Source of the DNA: Camelus ferus
Lineage: Eukaryota
Assembly: GCF_009834535.1 (NCBI RefSeq)
Contig: NC_045698.1
Span: forward strand, 14,634,001-14,698,000
DNA: 64,000 bases
Direction: 5' to 3'
Shown: positions 37,111 through 51,757 of the stretch, one piece after another
Layout of the letters: the number at the start of each line of letters is the position of its first letter
Position numbering within the stretch: position 1 is the stretch's first letter
The notes under the pieces: model-generated
Databases searched by the model: none
What the model saw: the letters and a program-made list of their open reading frames with translations, nothing else
What the model was told of the DNA's origin: nothing
Made by a program: the position numbers and the translations under genes

Positions 37111-40100
37111 AAATAGAATTTTATTAATAAATGCTAAACTTGCTATAATTTCTTATTAAATTTAATATAATCACATCATTTGCAAATAAGATGTTTTTAA
37201 AATTTTCTCACAATCCTCATAAATGCTTCCTGTTTACCTACTCAGGGTTTTTCATGCAACACTGAAAAAGTGACGATTGTGGACCTCTTGTCTTATTTGT
37301 GATTTAAGAGCATTCATTTACCATTTCACTCATAAATGTGCTCATTCCTATAAGGTATTTTGTTTTAAACTTTTAATCTTGTTTGTTGGTGAGTTTATTT
37401 TTATTTTGATTATTGGACACCAATCATCATCTTTTTACAATTGGTTAGGAATTTTAACATACTAAATTCTATTAATTATTTTAACGTATTTTTAATCTAT
37501 TTTTGATGATTTATATTAAATTTCTTAAAATAATATAATTTCATGCTTAGCAAAACTCAGTTTGTTGTCACCTTATATTTGGCCACATTTTGTTTAATAT
37601 TTTTGTATCTATATTCATGATTGAATTTGACCAGTGGTGTGTTTTTTTTTTATTTTGCATGTTAAAAATGTGTAACTGATGTTATAATCATGTATTAATG
37701 TGACATATTCCATATGACTGTAAGCTATTTGAAAGTAAAACTCATAGTGTATTTCTATTCATCTTTGTATTTTCTTCTTCGATTCATGTAACTTGCAAAC
37801 TAAGGTGTTCTAAAAGCTGAAAAAGTGAACTAGCTTACTTAGATGCTTCTCCTCTAAGGCAACTCAGCCCAGATTTTTTCTGCATCTGCTCCTCAGTCAC
37901 AAATGATCTCTCCTAAAAAGTTCCATAGCTGTTGAACTTTTACTGGATTCTTTATTTTTTTTCCTAGAATTATACACAATAATTCCACAGAGATTTTCTC
38001 AAATGTATGATAGAGTTCACAAATAAATAAATATAGACAGCGAATATACATTTATTGCCATTAAGAAGTCAGCTCAGAAACAAGTCTTCCCTCTTCAAAT
38101 GTTAGTAAAATGAAGAAGACAAAAAATAGCATCTTAAGAGGAATAATTACTCCATAATTATGATTATAAGGGAGTTCCACTTTCTGTGGAAATGCTAATC
38201 TAAAAACCACTAAGGTAAAATCTCTCCTAAACTCATGTATATTTTTTCCAATGGGGAAAATTGGAGCTTGGGGTTTTGACCAGTGGCCAAAGTTCTGCAT
38301 CATCTCAATTGTAGGAATGATCATGCATCGTAAGCAGATATTCAAGTAACAGTTTTAATATTACAATATAAATGTATGCTTCAAATTATATGAGTAGGCA
38401 GAAATGTCCACACTGAGTAAGTAAAAGTCTCAAAAGTACTATGAATGTATATATGGACATCTAAAATATTTTCTTGTAATTTTTCTACCCTAATACTCAT
38501 AGAGATGTCATCATAAACATTCATTCAGTTAGCACACAAATGTCTTCTTTTTTTTTTTTTTACCTTTAAGATATTTAGAAGAATTTGGAGAGCTAATTTG
38601 TATGCTGTATATCTCAAATATTGTGCAGAAAATTGGCCTGATCACTTTAATTTTCTAAAATATTTTTCTGTAGCAAAAAAAGAAATTAAAAAAAAATCTA
38701 TCTGGATTCCAATGAACAAATACTTGACATCAAGCCATTCAGTGTACAATTATATACAGGAGGCATTCATCATGATGATAACAGTAATAATATTCATACA
38801 GCACTTACTATACTGCTTCACTCTTCAGGGTACACGTTCACAAATGCTGATGGAAAACTTCTTTCAATGCTCTAAAGTAGGTAGAGTGGCTACTATATTC
38901 ACTTTGCAGTTTAAATTCTTCCCCTTCATACGCGTCCAGACCTCCCCAGTCTTAAAACAAATTCCTTCCCTCACTCCCACTGTATTTTTAGCTACTTTCC
39001 TATATTTCTCATCTTTTTCATTTCCAAAATATTTGATCAGTGTATTTATTTCTGTAAATATTTCTTGATTGACTGACATAAGCAAACTGAGTCTGACAGA
39101 GGGGAATGGTACGCCCAGAATCACTTAACAAGTTTGTAACAGAACGTTTGTTACAATTACTCAGCATAGAGAAAGTCCTAGTGCCTTGGATCAGGTCACT
39201 AGGGTATCTCCTTTCATTGTCACCATTCCAATATCAAGCACAGTCATCATGATTTCAAAATGTCAAAATCTCAGCCCTTGTCTGCAATAAGAAGTTTAGA
39301 AAGCAGGACTTTAGGTCTTTGTTTTGATGATAGCTGACTAGGATGATTTTGGTGGCAAGTGACGTATCTGTGAGCTGACTGCATGAGTGCAAGACCCATG
39401 GATGTGAGTGTTCACGTGTGTGTGTGTGTATAATTAAGATACATTTATAGCACTACTTACTTCTTAGGCCCCACCACGTAACATCCTCAGACTTAACGCT
39501 GAGCCAGTACGACGATATATTGCTCAACATAAGTATGGAATTAATAAACATTTCAGTAACTTTAAAGTGACAGCTAAAAAGAATAAAATATTTTGGTTGC
39601 TTAAATTGTGTTTTGATGTGTCTTGTTCATTAAAAATCTCTGGCTATTCTGCACTGTAAAGTTTTTCACTGGTGATTTGAGGTGAACTGGACATTGTCTT
39701 CCTGCACTAGCTCATACTTCAGGGATATTTCCTCCAAGAACAAATCTTCTTGAAGATGACTACATGCCAATGAAGCAATAATTTTCACCATGGGGAGTGA
39801 AAATTTAAAAAATAAAATAAAATAATAAGAAAATACCAACATAAAAAGGGGAAAGAGATAACAAAGAAAAGGTAGGAAATCTTTGTATCTAACATGTTAT
39901 GTGGCCCATGTGTATGTCCAATAATACATCCCTGTTGAATGAACATCAATGTAAGCCAGAGGTTAAATGAATAGATACTTGTTTAAAAAAGGGAATGAAT
40001 GAATTAGTCAAATGTCCAATAGTATTCAGTATGGTCTAGAATCCAAATCTTAATTTTAAGAGTTCAGTGTTATCCCTGGAGATGATTGGGGATGACAGTG

Positions 40101-42808
40101 AGAGTGATAAATTAAATTTAAAAAAAGAACATTAGAGTCCTGCCCACTTCTTGCCACATGTTACTGAGAACAAATGTTCAAGTCATATGTCAGTCTCGTG
40201 ACGAGCAAGCATGCTTAACATGTCCCTTGGTCATCTGTCCACTAAGAGCTCTGGTTCCCACAATTTCATACCCATTTGTCTTTCCATTAGACACATACAA
40301 TTTAAATCCCCCCTAAACACCCATGTTTGTCTGCAACTGATATGCTCCATTCTGTTGAGTAAGACCCAACAACTCCCATTTGGCAGCTTTTTCAATCAAA
40401 ACAACCCCAATCTCTTACACGAGGGTTGTGTAGCTCATCAAACCCACCTAGTAAATGCTGGCCAACAGTGTATTACAGAATGTTTACTACCTCAGAACAT
40501 CTTTTCACATATAATTCAGAGAACAACTATGAGCTATTTGACTCCTTTAATACTAAAGTTTGCAATTTTCCCAACGCACATGGGAATTCTGTCTTAGAAA
40601 TCAATGATAATGCCATGTTTTCCTTTGATGGGTTGTTGGCAGACTTCTCACTTTCTCATGTATAAACACTTACAATTCTATCATCAGCAGAGCCAGGAAA
40701 CAGATGAAGCTAAGCTGCTTGACTAATTGACTAGTATTAATGTAATTAAACATATTAAGATCCAGATTGATAGTCACTGAGTGAATTTATCGACTACCAA
40801 GTTCATTAGGCCTCTAACATAATGGGCTTAACAGAATACAAAGTTATTATTTTCAAATTTTTTGACATATGGGATACCATTATTAATATCACCATAAAAT
40901 TACTTATTTAACAGTGAATGATAATTTTAAGAGGTTTGCAATAATCATAATGATGGTTCTGTTATAATTTGAAATTATTTTATTTTGTAGAACATTAAAG
41001 AAATACAGGATTAGCTGTGGAGAAATTCACTGTTGGCAACTTTTCATTAAGACATTAATTTGCTTCTTTTATGACCTTCTATATGCACAGGCTTCAAGAA
41101 ACCTTGGAGTCTTGATAAAGTAGTTTGGAAAAGGTTTTATAATCTTATAGGGAGCACATAAAATGCAGCTAAAAATCAAATGGAAAATAACAGTGAGACA
41201 GTTTCCTGAAAACAATATACAGGTTTCTGAGGGAATGTAAACAAAATCACATACCGGGCAGAAGAGAGGTACTAAGAAAAATTATTTTAATTAAAGTAAC
41301 CTTGGGCTCACTTTCTGAATTAAGCAGTTGTCATTTATTGAGAAATAGAAAGTGATGAAACATCAGGGCTTGGTGGGCAGGACCTGGGCAAAGAAGGCAG
41401 CATGAAGACGACAGAGAAATTAGAGAAAGCTGAGAAGCCTTATATGTTTAGAACCAAATATATGTTATATTTTCTTTCTACTTCTTTAGTTTTTTTAGTT
41501 TGTTTCTCATTAGCTTGCTATGAAATAAGAAACAGATATGGAATGTATGAGTCTATGGTTTGTATGAAGACCTATAATAATAATGTATATCTGTTGATGT
41601 GGTATCTTGTTTTCTATTCAACTTCCCATGAGGATTTCTTCACTCTGTAGAGACAGGAATCAGAATTTGCAATTTTGTTTATCCCAAAAGACGCTGAGGA
41701 ATTATTTGCTTATTTTCAAACAATAAAAACTGTTCAAGCGTGATTATTCTTTTTCTACAAAGTTCATCAACTACAATGCTCAGCAGATAATCTTTCACGG
41801 GTAAGAATTTAACAAAAATGCATGAAGCTTAAAGCACACTTTGTATTCTTCGAGTGTTAGAAAGAAGAATAATGTATATTTTTGTGTAATTCTAGGAACA
41901 ATGTCCTAATGATGCCTAAGAATTAATCCTGATTAGGATTAGTGTTTACTCAGTGATGAGTGCTGTTGCATCTGAACTAACTAGCATCTATATTCTAATA
42001 TATATTTTAATTACTAACACTTTATTATAAAACTACTGTTTTAAGTCATGAATATAGAGAAAACATAAAATTTTTTAAATTATCTATTTGCTTATATGTA
42101 TTTTCTTCCTGTAAAGTGTCATGATGACATCAGATTGAAAAGAATACATTGAATAATTAAACAGAATATAGAAATTAATTTTATTCCTCAATGCAGATGT
42201 TATAATATATGGAATAAGTTTACTTAGTGGGGATTTCTAGTGAGTATATTAATGTTCCAGATAAAACAAATAATCTGATTTTTCATTAAAACATCACTTA
42301 ATTTCCTTGACCAAGAATTATTCTCAGCAAGCAACTTGAAGTGCAAAGCAAGCAAATAATTCAAATCTGAGAATCTGGATATTGTTCAAAGAATGATGGT
42401 TCTCTTCATTTGACTAACTTTACATTCATGCTGAGGTTATATAAATATTTAAAGTGTAATCCCTGTTTATAAGGTTCTCATAAAGTTCTTGCCATTTTTA
42501 GGAAAAATGTAAATACCCCTGTCCTGTAAAAGTAGGAGCTAAAAGGTTATGTCTTGTTGGAAAAAAGGATCTACAGAACCTGAGAGAGAAGATGACTTCT
42601 GGAGCAAGGCCCCTGTGCTGGCAAGCGTGGACAGGACTTAATATAAGTTGCAGACACACACACAGACACATCATGCCCACTTCTTTGTAATTTTAATAAA
42701 ATTGAGGTTTTGGACAATAATACTAATTAATAAAAAGCTAGTAAGAAACCTTTTTGTATAGACAACTATATTCAATGTGCTTGACTCCTCTTGTGAACAA
42801 CTAAGAGG

Positions 42809-43214
42809 TGTTATAGGATGAACTGTGCTACCTGAAAATTCACATGTTGACCCCCAAGTACAACAATATGTGACCATATTTGGAGGCCAGGTCTTTAAAG
42901 AGGTGATTAAGTTACATGAGGTCTTCAGTGTAGCCCCTAACCCAGCATGACTAGAATTTTTCTAAGAGGACGACACCTGGACAGGTAAAGAGAGAAATCA
43001 GAATCATGCACAGACTGGGGGATGACCATGGGAGGGCACAGTGAAAAGGCAGCCATCTATCTGCAGGCCAAGGAGAGACGCCTCAGGAGAAACCAAATCT
43101 GCCAGTAACTTGATCTCAAACTTCCATCCTCCAGACTGTGACAAAATAGATGTCTGTTTCTTAAGCCAGCCAGTCTGTGGGATTTCGTTACAGAAGCCCT
43201 AGCAAAGTGATAAA
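42809..43214 (+). mobile_element. MLT1B MaLR solo LTR
   Basis: 'tgttataggatgaactgtg...tttaaagaggtgattaagtta...gccaaggagagacgcctcaggagaaaccaaatctgcc...ttaagccagccagtctgtgg...gccctagcaaa'. Confidence 0.9.
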
Positions 43215-45235
43215 GGATTGAAGCCATTTGACATCAATAACCAGGTCTTATGCTCCTTTTAAGTCTGCCCAGCAATTACTGTCAGAGGAACTCAATAAAT
43301 ATTTGTCGGTATGATTTTAAATAATAAAGATAAAAATGACTGGTTAAACTATAGTTTATGTGGATTGTCTTTAATTATAGTTCACTGCTCCTGAATATAT
43401 TTCCTGAGCAACAATGCACTTACATATTTACAATAGTGAGGATAATAAATGGATTATCTAAAGGGAAACAGATGGAGTATCTTTTCATTTGAAAGTTGAA
43501 TAATAATAATGTGAGGCAGCTTAGGATGAATCTGAAATGCTATATCCTTTCCTAAAGGCAAGAGAGCACCTTATTCTCTATTTCCAGAACCTTTCAGGAC
43601 CAATAAATTAATGCTGGAAAAAAAAAATCTTCTCTGAACAGATGTTCTCAGATAAGTCTAAAACCTTTCATGAAGTGTTTTTCATTACAGACATGATTCA
43701 TGTTTTAAAAGAATCTTATTTCTAATTTATGTGCACAGACTTGTAACTCTTCTATAAAGCATGTTGAGGAATAAAAATCAAATCACTCATAGCCATATCA
43801 ATAATTCTGTTGCGTATGACTTATAACTGAATAGTGATTAATATGCAACCAATGAATCAAAGATCTTGGGTTTTATCTTCTTTGAAGTAGCAATTTGCCT
43901 TGTTTTCATGCTAGACATGAAAGTACAAGATGTATGAATTTAACTGAGAACATTCTCAAAATCCCTCATTTTAATACATTGAAGTTCATTTCTCTGCGCA
44001 GTTACTTAAGGTGGTGTCTCATGTGCAAGATGGAGTCACTGCCTTTGCAATCTCACTTCAATCACTTTCCAAGAGGTATGTTGCTGAAAACTTTAATTTT
44101 TACTAATGTCAGAAAAATGGTTGCTGAAAGCAGGTTTGCTCATGCATTCCTTCTGCAAATGTCTTCTTATTCATTGCCATCAGCTGAACTGACATTTTGA
44201 TTGGTCTGTAAATCTGTGAAGAATGCTGGCTGAGAAATAAGCAAGTTTTCAAGCATTTCCTTCCTTCTGGTAATAGGCTGTGTGCTGACCCTGTACAAAT
44301 CTGCATTTAGCTGAATCCATGTTTGACTCCTTTACATCATAATTGTCACAGTGATAAACTGAATCACAGTTTAGTATTTAATGTAAACTAAACAGGGAAA
44401 TTAATTTACCTAATGTATTTTTTCATATCACAGAATATTATAAAGGAAATAGGTATTAAAACTCTTAAATGTTGGATATTCTTATACTTTTAAAAAAGTG
44501 TGTTTGCACATAAATGAGAGAGACAGAGGAAAGGGATGGGTAGGGAGAGAAATAACATTCATTTGTGTGGACAGGCTAAGTCGTGATAAATTTATACAGT
44601 TTTACTTAGGAACTCATCTTCTTTGTATTAAACTTTTATAAATTATTATTGTATTTCACCAAGTGAAATGAGCTTTTCTCATCTGTTCAATGCATTTGAG
44701 AAAATGCAATTGTAAACATTGTTACTCAGGCTCATACAGAAAGTCCTACTTAACCTCACTAAGCACTACTCCTTACTATAGTATGGTGATGATGCAAATT
44801 TGAAAATTTGGTTCTTTGGTATTTAGTTAAAAATAAACCCTTATTTAAAAAGAAATATATCTCAATCCAAGTTTAGTTACCTGGAAAATAAGGAGTATAA
44901 ACAGTTCTCTCAGATTCAGATACATATTCATAGGCTAAACAGTAACTAGTTTGGCTAAATGTACTAAAATATACATTTCAAACATTTTTCATTCAAATCA
45001 AGGATTGTTTACTCAATTGACTTGGAAGTCATGGAAGCCAGTGATGTCTAATATTGGAGAGCATGTTTCTTTACATATTTATCTTCAATTACCTACAACT
45101 ATTTCTTTATCAAGAAAATAGGTATGCTATTATCACTAACTAATATCTCAAGTGGCAGTGTATACTTAGTTGAGGTTAATTGTTAACAATAATTAATATA
45201 AATTACCATTTCAAAATTTATATATTTTATCAAAT

Positions 45236-45365
45236 TATAGCTATATACACCTATATAGCTATATATATGATATATACATACATAGGTGTGTGTATATATA
45301 TGTGTGTGTATATATGTGTGCATTAGCCATTAGACCTAAGTGTATGCACATATACACATATATGT
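45236..45365. repeat. (TA)/(TG)/(CA) compound low-complexity repeat
   Basis: Alternating purine-pyrimidine tract seen directly. Confidence 0.85.
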
Positions 45366-46317
45366 GAAACTGGTTCTTGCCAGATTTTTAAAAATATAAT
45401 GTAGCTGATGAAAAGCTTATAAGAAAAGGAGAATTGTCTTATTTTACTTTTCTTACTTGCATCTTTGTATCTTTCAAGTTTCTTTACCAGAATCTTTTAA
45501 AGCTACTATTAATTTTATAACATTTATATTAGCTTAATCAATCTTGAAAAATCATTATAAATCCACAAACCATAGAATATTCAAGCTTCATTTTGCCCAC
45601 TATGTTTCAGGGGAATGAGAGAGAGGAGGGCCCTGCCCACCACTCTTTGTGGAGTCCCCTCCTTTTCTAGAAGCTTGGAGAATGTTTAGAAAGTATGAGC
45701 ATGGGGACTACAGAAGCAAGGAGGGCACCAACAGTAATCTTGACTAATTCCTGTGCTAATTTCTCTAAGTTTTTAAGATTAAAATAAGGACTAGTAGAAG
45801 CATTAACATCTTCATCACCACAGATTCAGTTCATGCAACTGATAGAGATAACATCAAAGACTATCATTTTTTTCCTTTTATTTATCTAGGGTAAGTAGTG
45901 AACTAAGAAATATTTTTTTCTTTTCTTTTGAGACAGATCAAAATAAGCCATTTCATTGACCTAGTTTTTTAATTAAAAGCAAAATTTAAGGCTGCATGGG
46001 CTAAGTAAGACAAGTAGCATTTTAAAGGGTGCTTGCTTTGTGAAGTAGCTATTAAATCGGTGAGAAAGATGAAGGGAGGGGACTGAGTAATACAAGGAGA
46101 TGGAGAGCGGTTGGCTTCGGAGAACTTGGAATCCAGCAGCAAATTTAAATCATACTTTGAAATGTTGATTAATAGTCCTTTCTTTACTTAAAAGCCTCTT
46201 CCTATATATACTTTCTAAAATTTTAAATTTGACTTCTCAAGCAAAGATTACACTTTCCCTTGGATTAAAAAAATCATAGTCGAAATAATGATTTTAAATT
46301 ACTTAAGAATGGTTATC

Positions 46318-46503
46318 TGTAAAATAGGTAAACAAGGTCCTATTGTATAGCACAGGGAATTATATTCAATACCTTGTACTAGCCTATAATGAAGAAGAAT
46401 ATGAAAAAGAATATATATACATATAAATGAATTACTATGCTGTACACCAGAAATTAATACAGCATTGTAAATCAACTGCACTTCAATAAAAAATTAAAAA
46501 AAT
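46318..46503 (+). mobile_element. Short L1 3'UTR insertion
   Basis: 'aaacaaggtcctattgtatagcacagggaattatattcaata...cattgtaaatcaactgcacttcaataaaaaa'. TSD aagaatggttatc (46305-46317) / aagagtgggcatc (46504-46516) at a TT|AAGA site. Confidence 0.92.
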
Positions 46504-46614
46504 AAGAGTGGGCATCAATTTGCATAACTAGCTATCTGAATATCCTTTTGTTTTCAAACTCTGACAAATCATTTTTATGTGTTTGTTTTCTAGAGAGTTC
46601 GTTAATATCAACAT

Positions 46615-46850
46615 GTGTTCTCGTATGTTAAATGTCCATGTTGAGGGAGACTGTGTGCTAGGAATGTTGTTTCACACTTAATATTAACATAGTGCCTTAC
46701 GGTAAATATGCACATGTCCAATGAACAGATGAAGAAATGAACAGAAGACTCCGTTAAACGCCACATTCGAAAAGATAGTTAAGTGACCAAGCTCAGGATT
46801 GCCTAAATCTTAGGTCATTGTTCTTTGTATCATCTTTCCATACTACTTGA
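46615..46850 (-). mobile_element. MIR SINE (degraded)
   Basis: 'gactgtgtgctagg...acagatgaagaaatgaacagaagac...tagttaagtgaccaagctcaggatt'. Confidence 0.6.
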
Positions 46851-47699
46851 ATATTATATACTTTTTCAGACCTTCAAAAATAAACCGATATCTAGCAAAT
46901 GAACACAGGTTCTAATGAGCACACGCAGCATTGATTTCTGCAGAGGAAGAGCGGACATTTCATTCATATGCTTGGAAATCTCAAAACTGATTTTACAAAG
47001 AAAAGAAGGACCATTGTTGTAATAAAAACTAAATCTCCATAACCCCACATCTGTACCTAATCTATGATTATATATCATGTGTTGTGGTTTTTGTTTTGTT
47101 TTGTTTTGTGTATGTGTGTTGATTACTCTAGAACTCATTCCTCTGCATAACTTCATTTCTCAAAAGAACACTGGCTACAGTCCTAATTTTCTAATTGTAC
47201 AGGCAGGAGTAAGTGATTGCCTAGTGGTTATCTGAGACTTCTGGAGGTCAACATATAATCAGTGAACATAATATAAATTTTCTGACTTGACATTTGTGGT
47301 TTTTGTGACTGGTTAGACTGACTTGAAAAATAATGGCTTTCATTAATCTATGCAGTGACCCAGAATTTTACATGATTATATTTTTGGATGCCATACATTT
47401 TGGTAAGTTTTAACTTTGTATATACAGTATTATCTGTAGACATAGATGTGTGAAAAATTTTAAATGAGTTTGCTTTTCTTTTTATTCTTCCATAGCATGG
47501 AACTATCCCTCTTTGTTTTAGATGTCTGGGAATTAGTGGTGACTTTGGGATTTTAGAGAAGAACTCCAAAAAGTAAAAAGCTGGTAAAACTCAGCTTTGA
47601 CATAAGAAGTAGGATTTAACAGCAAGATACTAGGTGTGAGAAACAAGTGTTACTGACAGAGAAAGGATTTTCCAGATTACTTTGTAACTCTCTGGGCTG

Positions 47700-48620
47700 T
47701 CAACAACCAAGCCTGGAGGTGTCAAGTTTGTATGGCTATGCATGAGAAACATAGAGCTACTTGTTAATCAGCAATGGCCTCTTCCAAGCAAGAAGGAAGT
47801 CCCACAAGTGACAGGAAGGAGAAAAAAAGAGGAAGAGAAGACAGCAAGCCATTAGAAATAAGTGTAACCTCCTTCTCTAGGCTCTTGCCTGGGAGAAGGC
47901 AGCTATGTTACTTAGATGATAGAAGGTGCCCTGAGGGTTGATATGATTCATGTATCTATTTCCTGTTGGTAAATTGAAGGCAACAATGTGAGAAACAACA
48001 AAACAAATGGTTGTAGGTATGAAATTTAACTTTATACACATACTGTTTCTCTGGGAGGAATCTCAGATGTTCCTGAGATTTTGTCTGGGGAACTTGCCAT
48101 ACAGCTACATCAGAGAAGGAGTGACATGTCTTTTTAGGAAATTCTGCTAAATGAATCATACAGTGAGGGCCCTGACCTCCAGGGCTCTACAATGTCAGCA
48201 GTTGTTGAGGGGAGTCCAAAGCAAGGTAGAACCCATAGATCTGTCCACGCAGGACTTACACTAGCCACAAAATTTAGCCACTCATGTCTGTAGACAGGAA
48301 GGAACACCTTGGAGACTAGCAAGGGCCAATAACATCATGCTCCAGGACCTCCACTCTTCCAGCTAGCACCCACACACTTGCTTCTCTCTGCATGGTCCTG
48401 CTGCTCATGGAGAGAACGATGGAAAGAGGGAAGCAGCTGGCTGGGCAGCTCAACACCTGGGAGATGGAGCTTCTTATTATGTGATAACCAAAGATGATTA
48501 TTTAAATTTGTTTATTTTTCTAAGCTTAAATTGGATAGACAATATGATTTCTCCAATTAATCAACATGTGGGTTTTGTGAAGAAAATCAAATCAGCAAAA
48601 GGTGAAATAATTGTATTTTA
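47700..48620 (+). mobile_element. Possible ancient LTR (LTR78/MamGyp-like)
   Basis: 3' segment 'ccaattaatcaacatgtgggttttgtgaagaaaatcaaatcag' resembles the ends of old long eutherian LTRs. Weak match. Confidence 0.3.
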
Positions 48621-48668
48621 ATTGCTCATCTAAGATAAGGTGTAGGGTAAGTCTCACCCCAATTGTTT

Positions 48669-48736
48669 TATACACACACACACACACATGCACATACATA
48701 CACATACATTCACATATTCACACACAAATATACACC
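48669..48736. repeat. Imperfect (CA)n microsatellite
   Basis: tacacacacacacacacatgcacatacatacacatac seen directly. Confidence 0.9.
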
Positions 48737-49892
48737 AAGATAGGACCTTAAGTGATTTATTTATCTACTCATGTTTAGGCTATTTTATGACTCAGAATTT
48801 TTCAAACTCAGAATTTATCTTTCTCTGAATTTAAAAAAGGGGGTCTCTTGTTTGACAGAATAGCAAAAGGCAGTATTTGTCCATTAATGTTACAATTCAG
48901 TCATTTTTCTTCTCAGTCCAAATTACAGAACTGTCCTAAATGTCCTGCCTAAATATATGTATGTACTTGTATATGTGTTTTTGTGTACACATACATACTA
49001 TATGTTAAATATTTTATTAAGGCATTTAATAAATTAACTTAAAATTTTACATTGATATTTAATAGGAAAAAAAATACAAGAATGGGTATTGCTTCTTACT
49101 CTTTCACCAATAATCAATTTAGAGAAAAAAATACAAATTGAGAGAGTAAAGATTCTACATAATAGTGTGATTACCATATACAATGCATGTGTTTGTGTGT
49201 TTATGTACATTTACCTTCAGGTACAAATACCCAGCTAATACCTCCAACCCCATTTCAGGTTAGATTTTAAGTCCTGCTGATTGTAAACTACCGTCACTGT
49301 GTCTATAGCTATGCTTTATTTTCTTATGCAGAAACTACTAGAACAGTAACCAACAAGTGTTTTCTTTGCTATAATTGCCTAACTTCTCTGAGTTTCTTTT
49401 TTGCTCTGTACATGATGCTAAAGTAATTTCCCATGAACAGTTTTCTTACATTGCCCTTCAACTCAAGTGACTTCTTACATTCCAGTACTACAGTCATAAC
49501 TCCCAAGCTCACATGGTCTCCACTAACTGACCTCCCCACAGATCTGTAATCTTCAACATTATTTCTGAAGCCAAGTACAGTCTGAGGCCCAAGATGATCA
49601 GCATATGGGTTTCTGGGTTTTTTGTTTTGTTTTGTTTTGTTGTTTTATCTCACTTCTTTAGTATGCTTTAGTATGTCCATGATATTTCTTTATACATTTT
49701 TGACAATTCATTACCATTAAATATTTCAACAACTAACTAAAAATCTCAAGCCTTCTAATAGTTTTTACAGTATTTCTCTATTTAGTTTACAATAAATCAC
49801 TTCACTCAATATTCAATTGGCTCTGTATTATTGTGTAGATTCTTACACAGCTTTGTAATATTTTAATATTGTCTCATAAACAATCTTTTCCA

Positions 49893-50342
49893 TCTTATGA
49901 GTTAAATTGTGCCCACCACCTTCAAATTCATATGTTGAAGTGCTAACTCCAGTATCTCAGAATGTAACCTTATTTGGAGGTAGGATATTTACAGAGATAA
50001 TCAAGTTAAAATGAAGTCATTAGGTTGGGCCCTGATCCAGTGTGACTAGTGTGCTTCTAAAAGGGGAAATTTGGAAGTAGGCACGTGCACAGGGAGAAAC
50101 CCAAGTGAAGGTGGCAGAAATCAGAGTGACGCTTCTACAAGCCAGGAACCCCTCACACTGCCAGCAAAACTCTAAAAGCTCTGTGAGAGGCGGGGAACAG
50201 ATTGTCTCACCGTCCTCAGAAGGAACCAGTTCTGCTAACACCTTACTCTTGAACTTCTATTCTCCAGAACCGTGAGACAACACATTTCTGTTGTTTCAGC
50301 CACCTAGGGTGTGGATTACAGTAGGTCTAGCAAATTAATATA
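49893..50342 (+). mobile_element. MLT1C-like MaLR solo LTR
   Basis: 'aattcatatgttgaagtgctaactccagtatctcagaatgtaaccttatttgg...tcagaaggaaccag...ccagaaccgtgagacaacacatttctgttgttt'. Confidence 0.9.
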
Positions 50343-51757
50343 CTCCTCTGAGGAGAGAAAAACATCTCTTACTGCATCTGAAAACCATGCTGCTTACACA
50401 GGGCAAGTGGAAGGCATGCAAAATATAGGGGGTTTTGACTCATTTAAATATTCAAATATGCTGAAACTAAATTTTATTTAAAGAAAAACATAGCATAAAA
50501 CTTCCTGATTTTAGATGTGTAAATCAAATGAGTAGAAGGAATTTAAAAAGTGCTACATTTAAACAAAGTCTAAATAAATGTATTAGTTTCTATTTCTGGC
50601 TATAAATGAATCATCAGCATTATTTGCACTTTCATGCCATTCACAAGTTGATCCCTTTTACTGGGATATTTTATCCTTCTAACTTTGCAAAAGAAGATAC
50701 AAATATCTTATTTCCTTTATGTAAATAGGCATGCCATTTTGTTTCATAAGATGACCTTATCTGATTTTCATTTTTTATTCTTTGAATTTTTTCACTTAAT
50801 TATCCTTGTAAGAGTTGATACAATAAAAAGAGTGTTTAATCAGAACTTCAAATTAACCAAACGTTTACACTGCTGTTACTAATTTCTGTAGAAAGACATA
50901 CAGTACCCATATTTTGCCTTAAAATGGCACAGGTTTTCATATATTAAAAAAAAAACTTTTGAGGTACCAAGTAAAGTTAAAAATTTTTAAACAGTAATAT
51001 TCATGTCACACACACACACACAATTTGAAATCCTTATTGATATTTCAACATTTTCATAAAGAAAAGTATCTTAAATATGTGACGTACATTAGAAGTTAAG
51101 ACATTATATCAATTGGTACAATCTCCATTAGGTTGTAAAAATTATAGCACACAACTTTATGAACACTAAGTACAAATAAAAACAATAATTGAAAACATTT
51201 TGACATCTGAAGAACTTCTGTATGAATTAATACTATCTTTGGAAGCTATGACAATGTTTTAGTACGTGTAGAAAATTGCAGTATTAAGTGTATGTTTCTT
51301 TAGTTAAAAAAATTATTTGATGAAAATGACTTGATAGTCAAATATATTAATTCAATATTTTGATATTATATAAAGAGAAGCATTAAGGAATAATCAAACA
51401 AAATATATTTTAAAATGAAACAAGTATGTATATGCATCTATACACCAAAGAAGAAATGTGAAACACACTGACAGCACTCAATTGTCCTTGTCAGTTTTCA
51501 TGGAGCAATAGTTGAATTATTTATGAAAAGAAAAGGTGATTATATTTTTCTTGTCTGTCTCTTTAAAAAAAAAAAAACATCCAAAGCTTTCTTCAAAGCT
51601 GAAAACTAAGTTTTTGGTCGGTCATAGTGACTTCATTCTGAACAGATCTGCCCTTCACTGACTTTTGTTCTCTTTGTACCCCATCCATCCACCTTCAGTA
51701 CCGTTTCTATCAGTAATTTCTTCATCTACCTTACAGAATAAATTCTCACATTTTTAA

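Noticed and set aside
38598..39068. Longest ORF (156 aa)
   Set aside because: TTG start, F/I/K-rich from AT bias, overlaps MIR- and L2-like remnants, and has no recognisable domain.
40718..40802. Possible ancient palindromic element (gactaattgactag...atcgactac)
   Set aside because: The arms pair poorly and no family can be supported.
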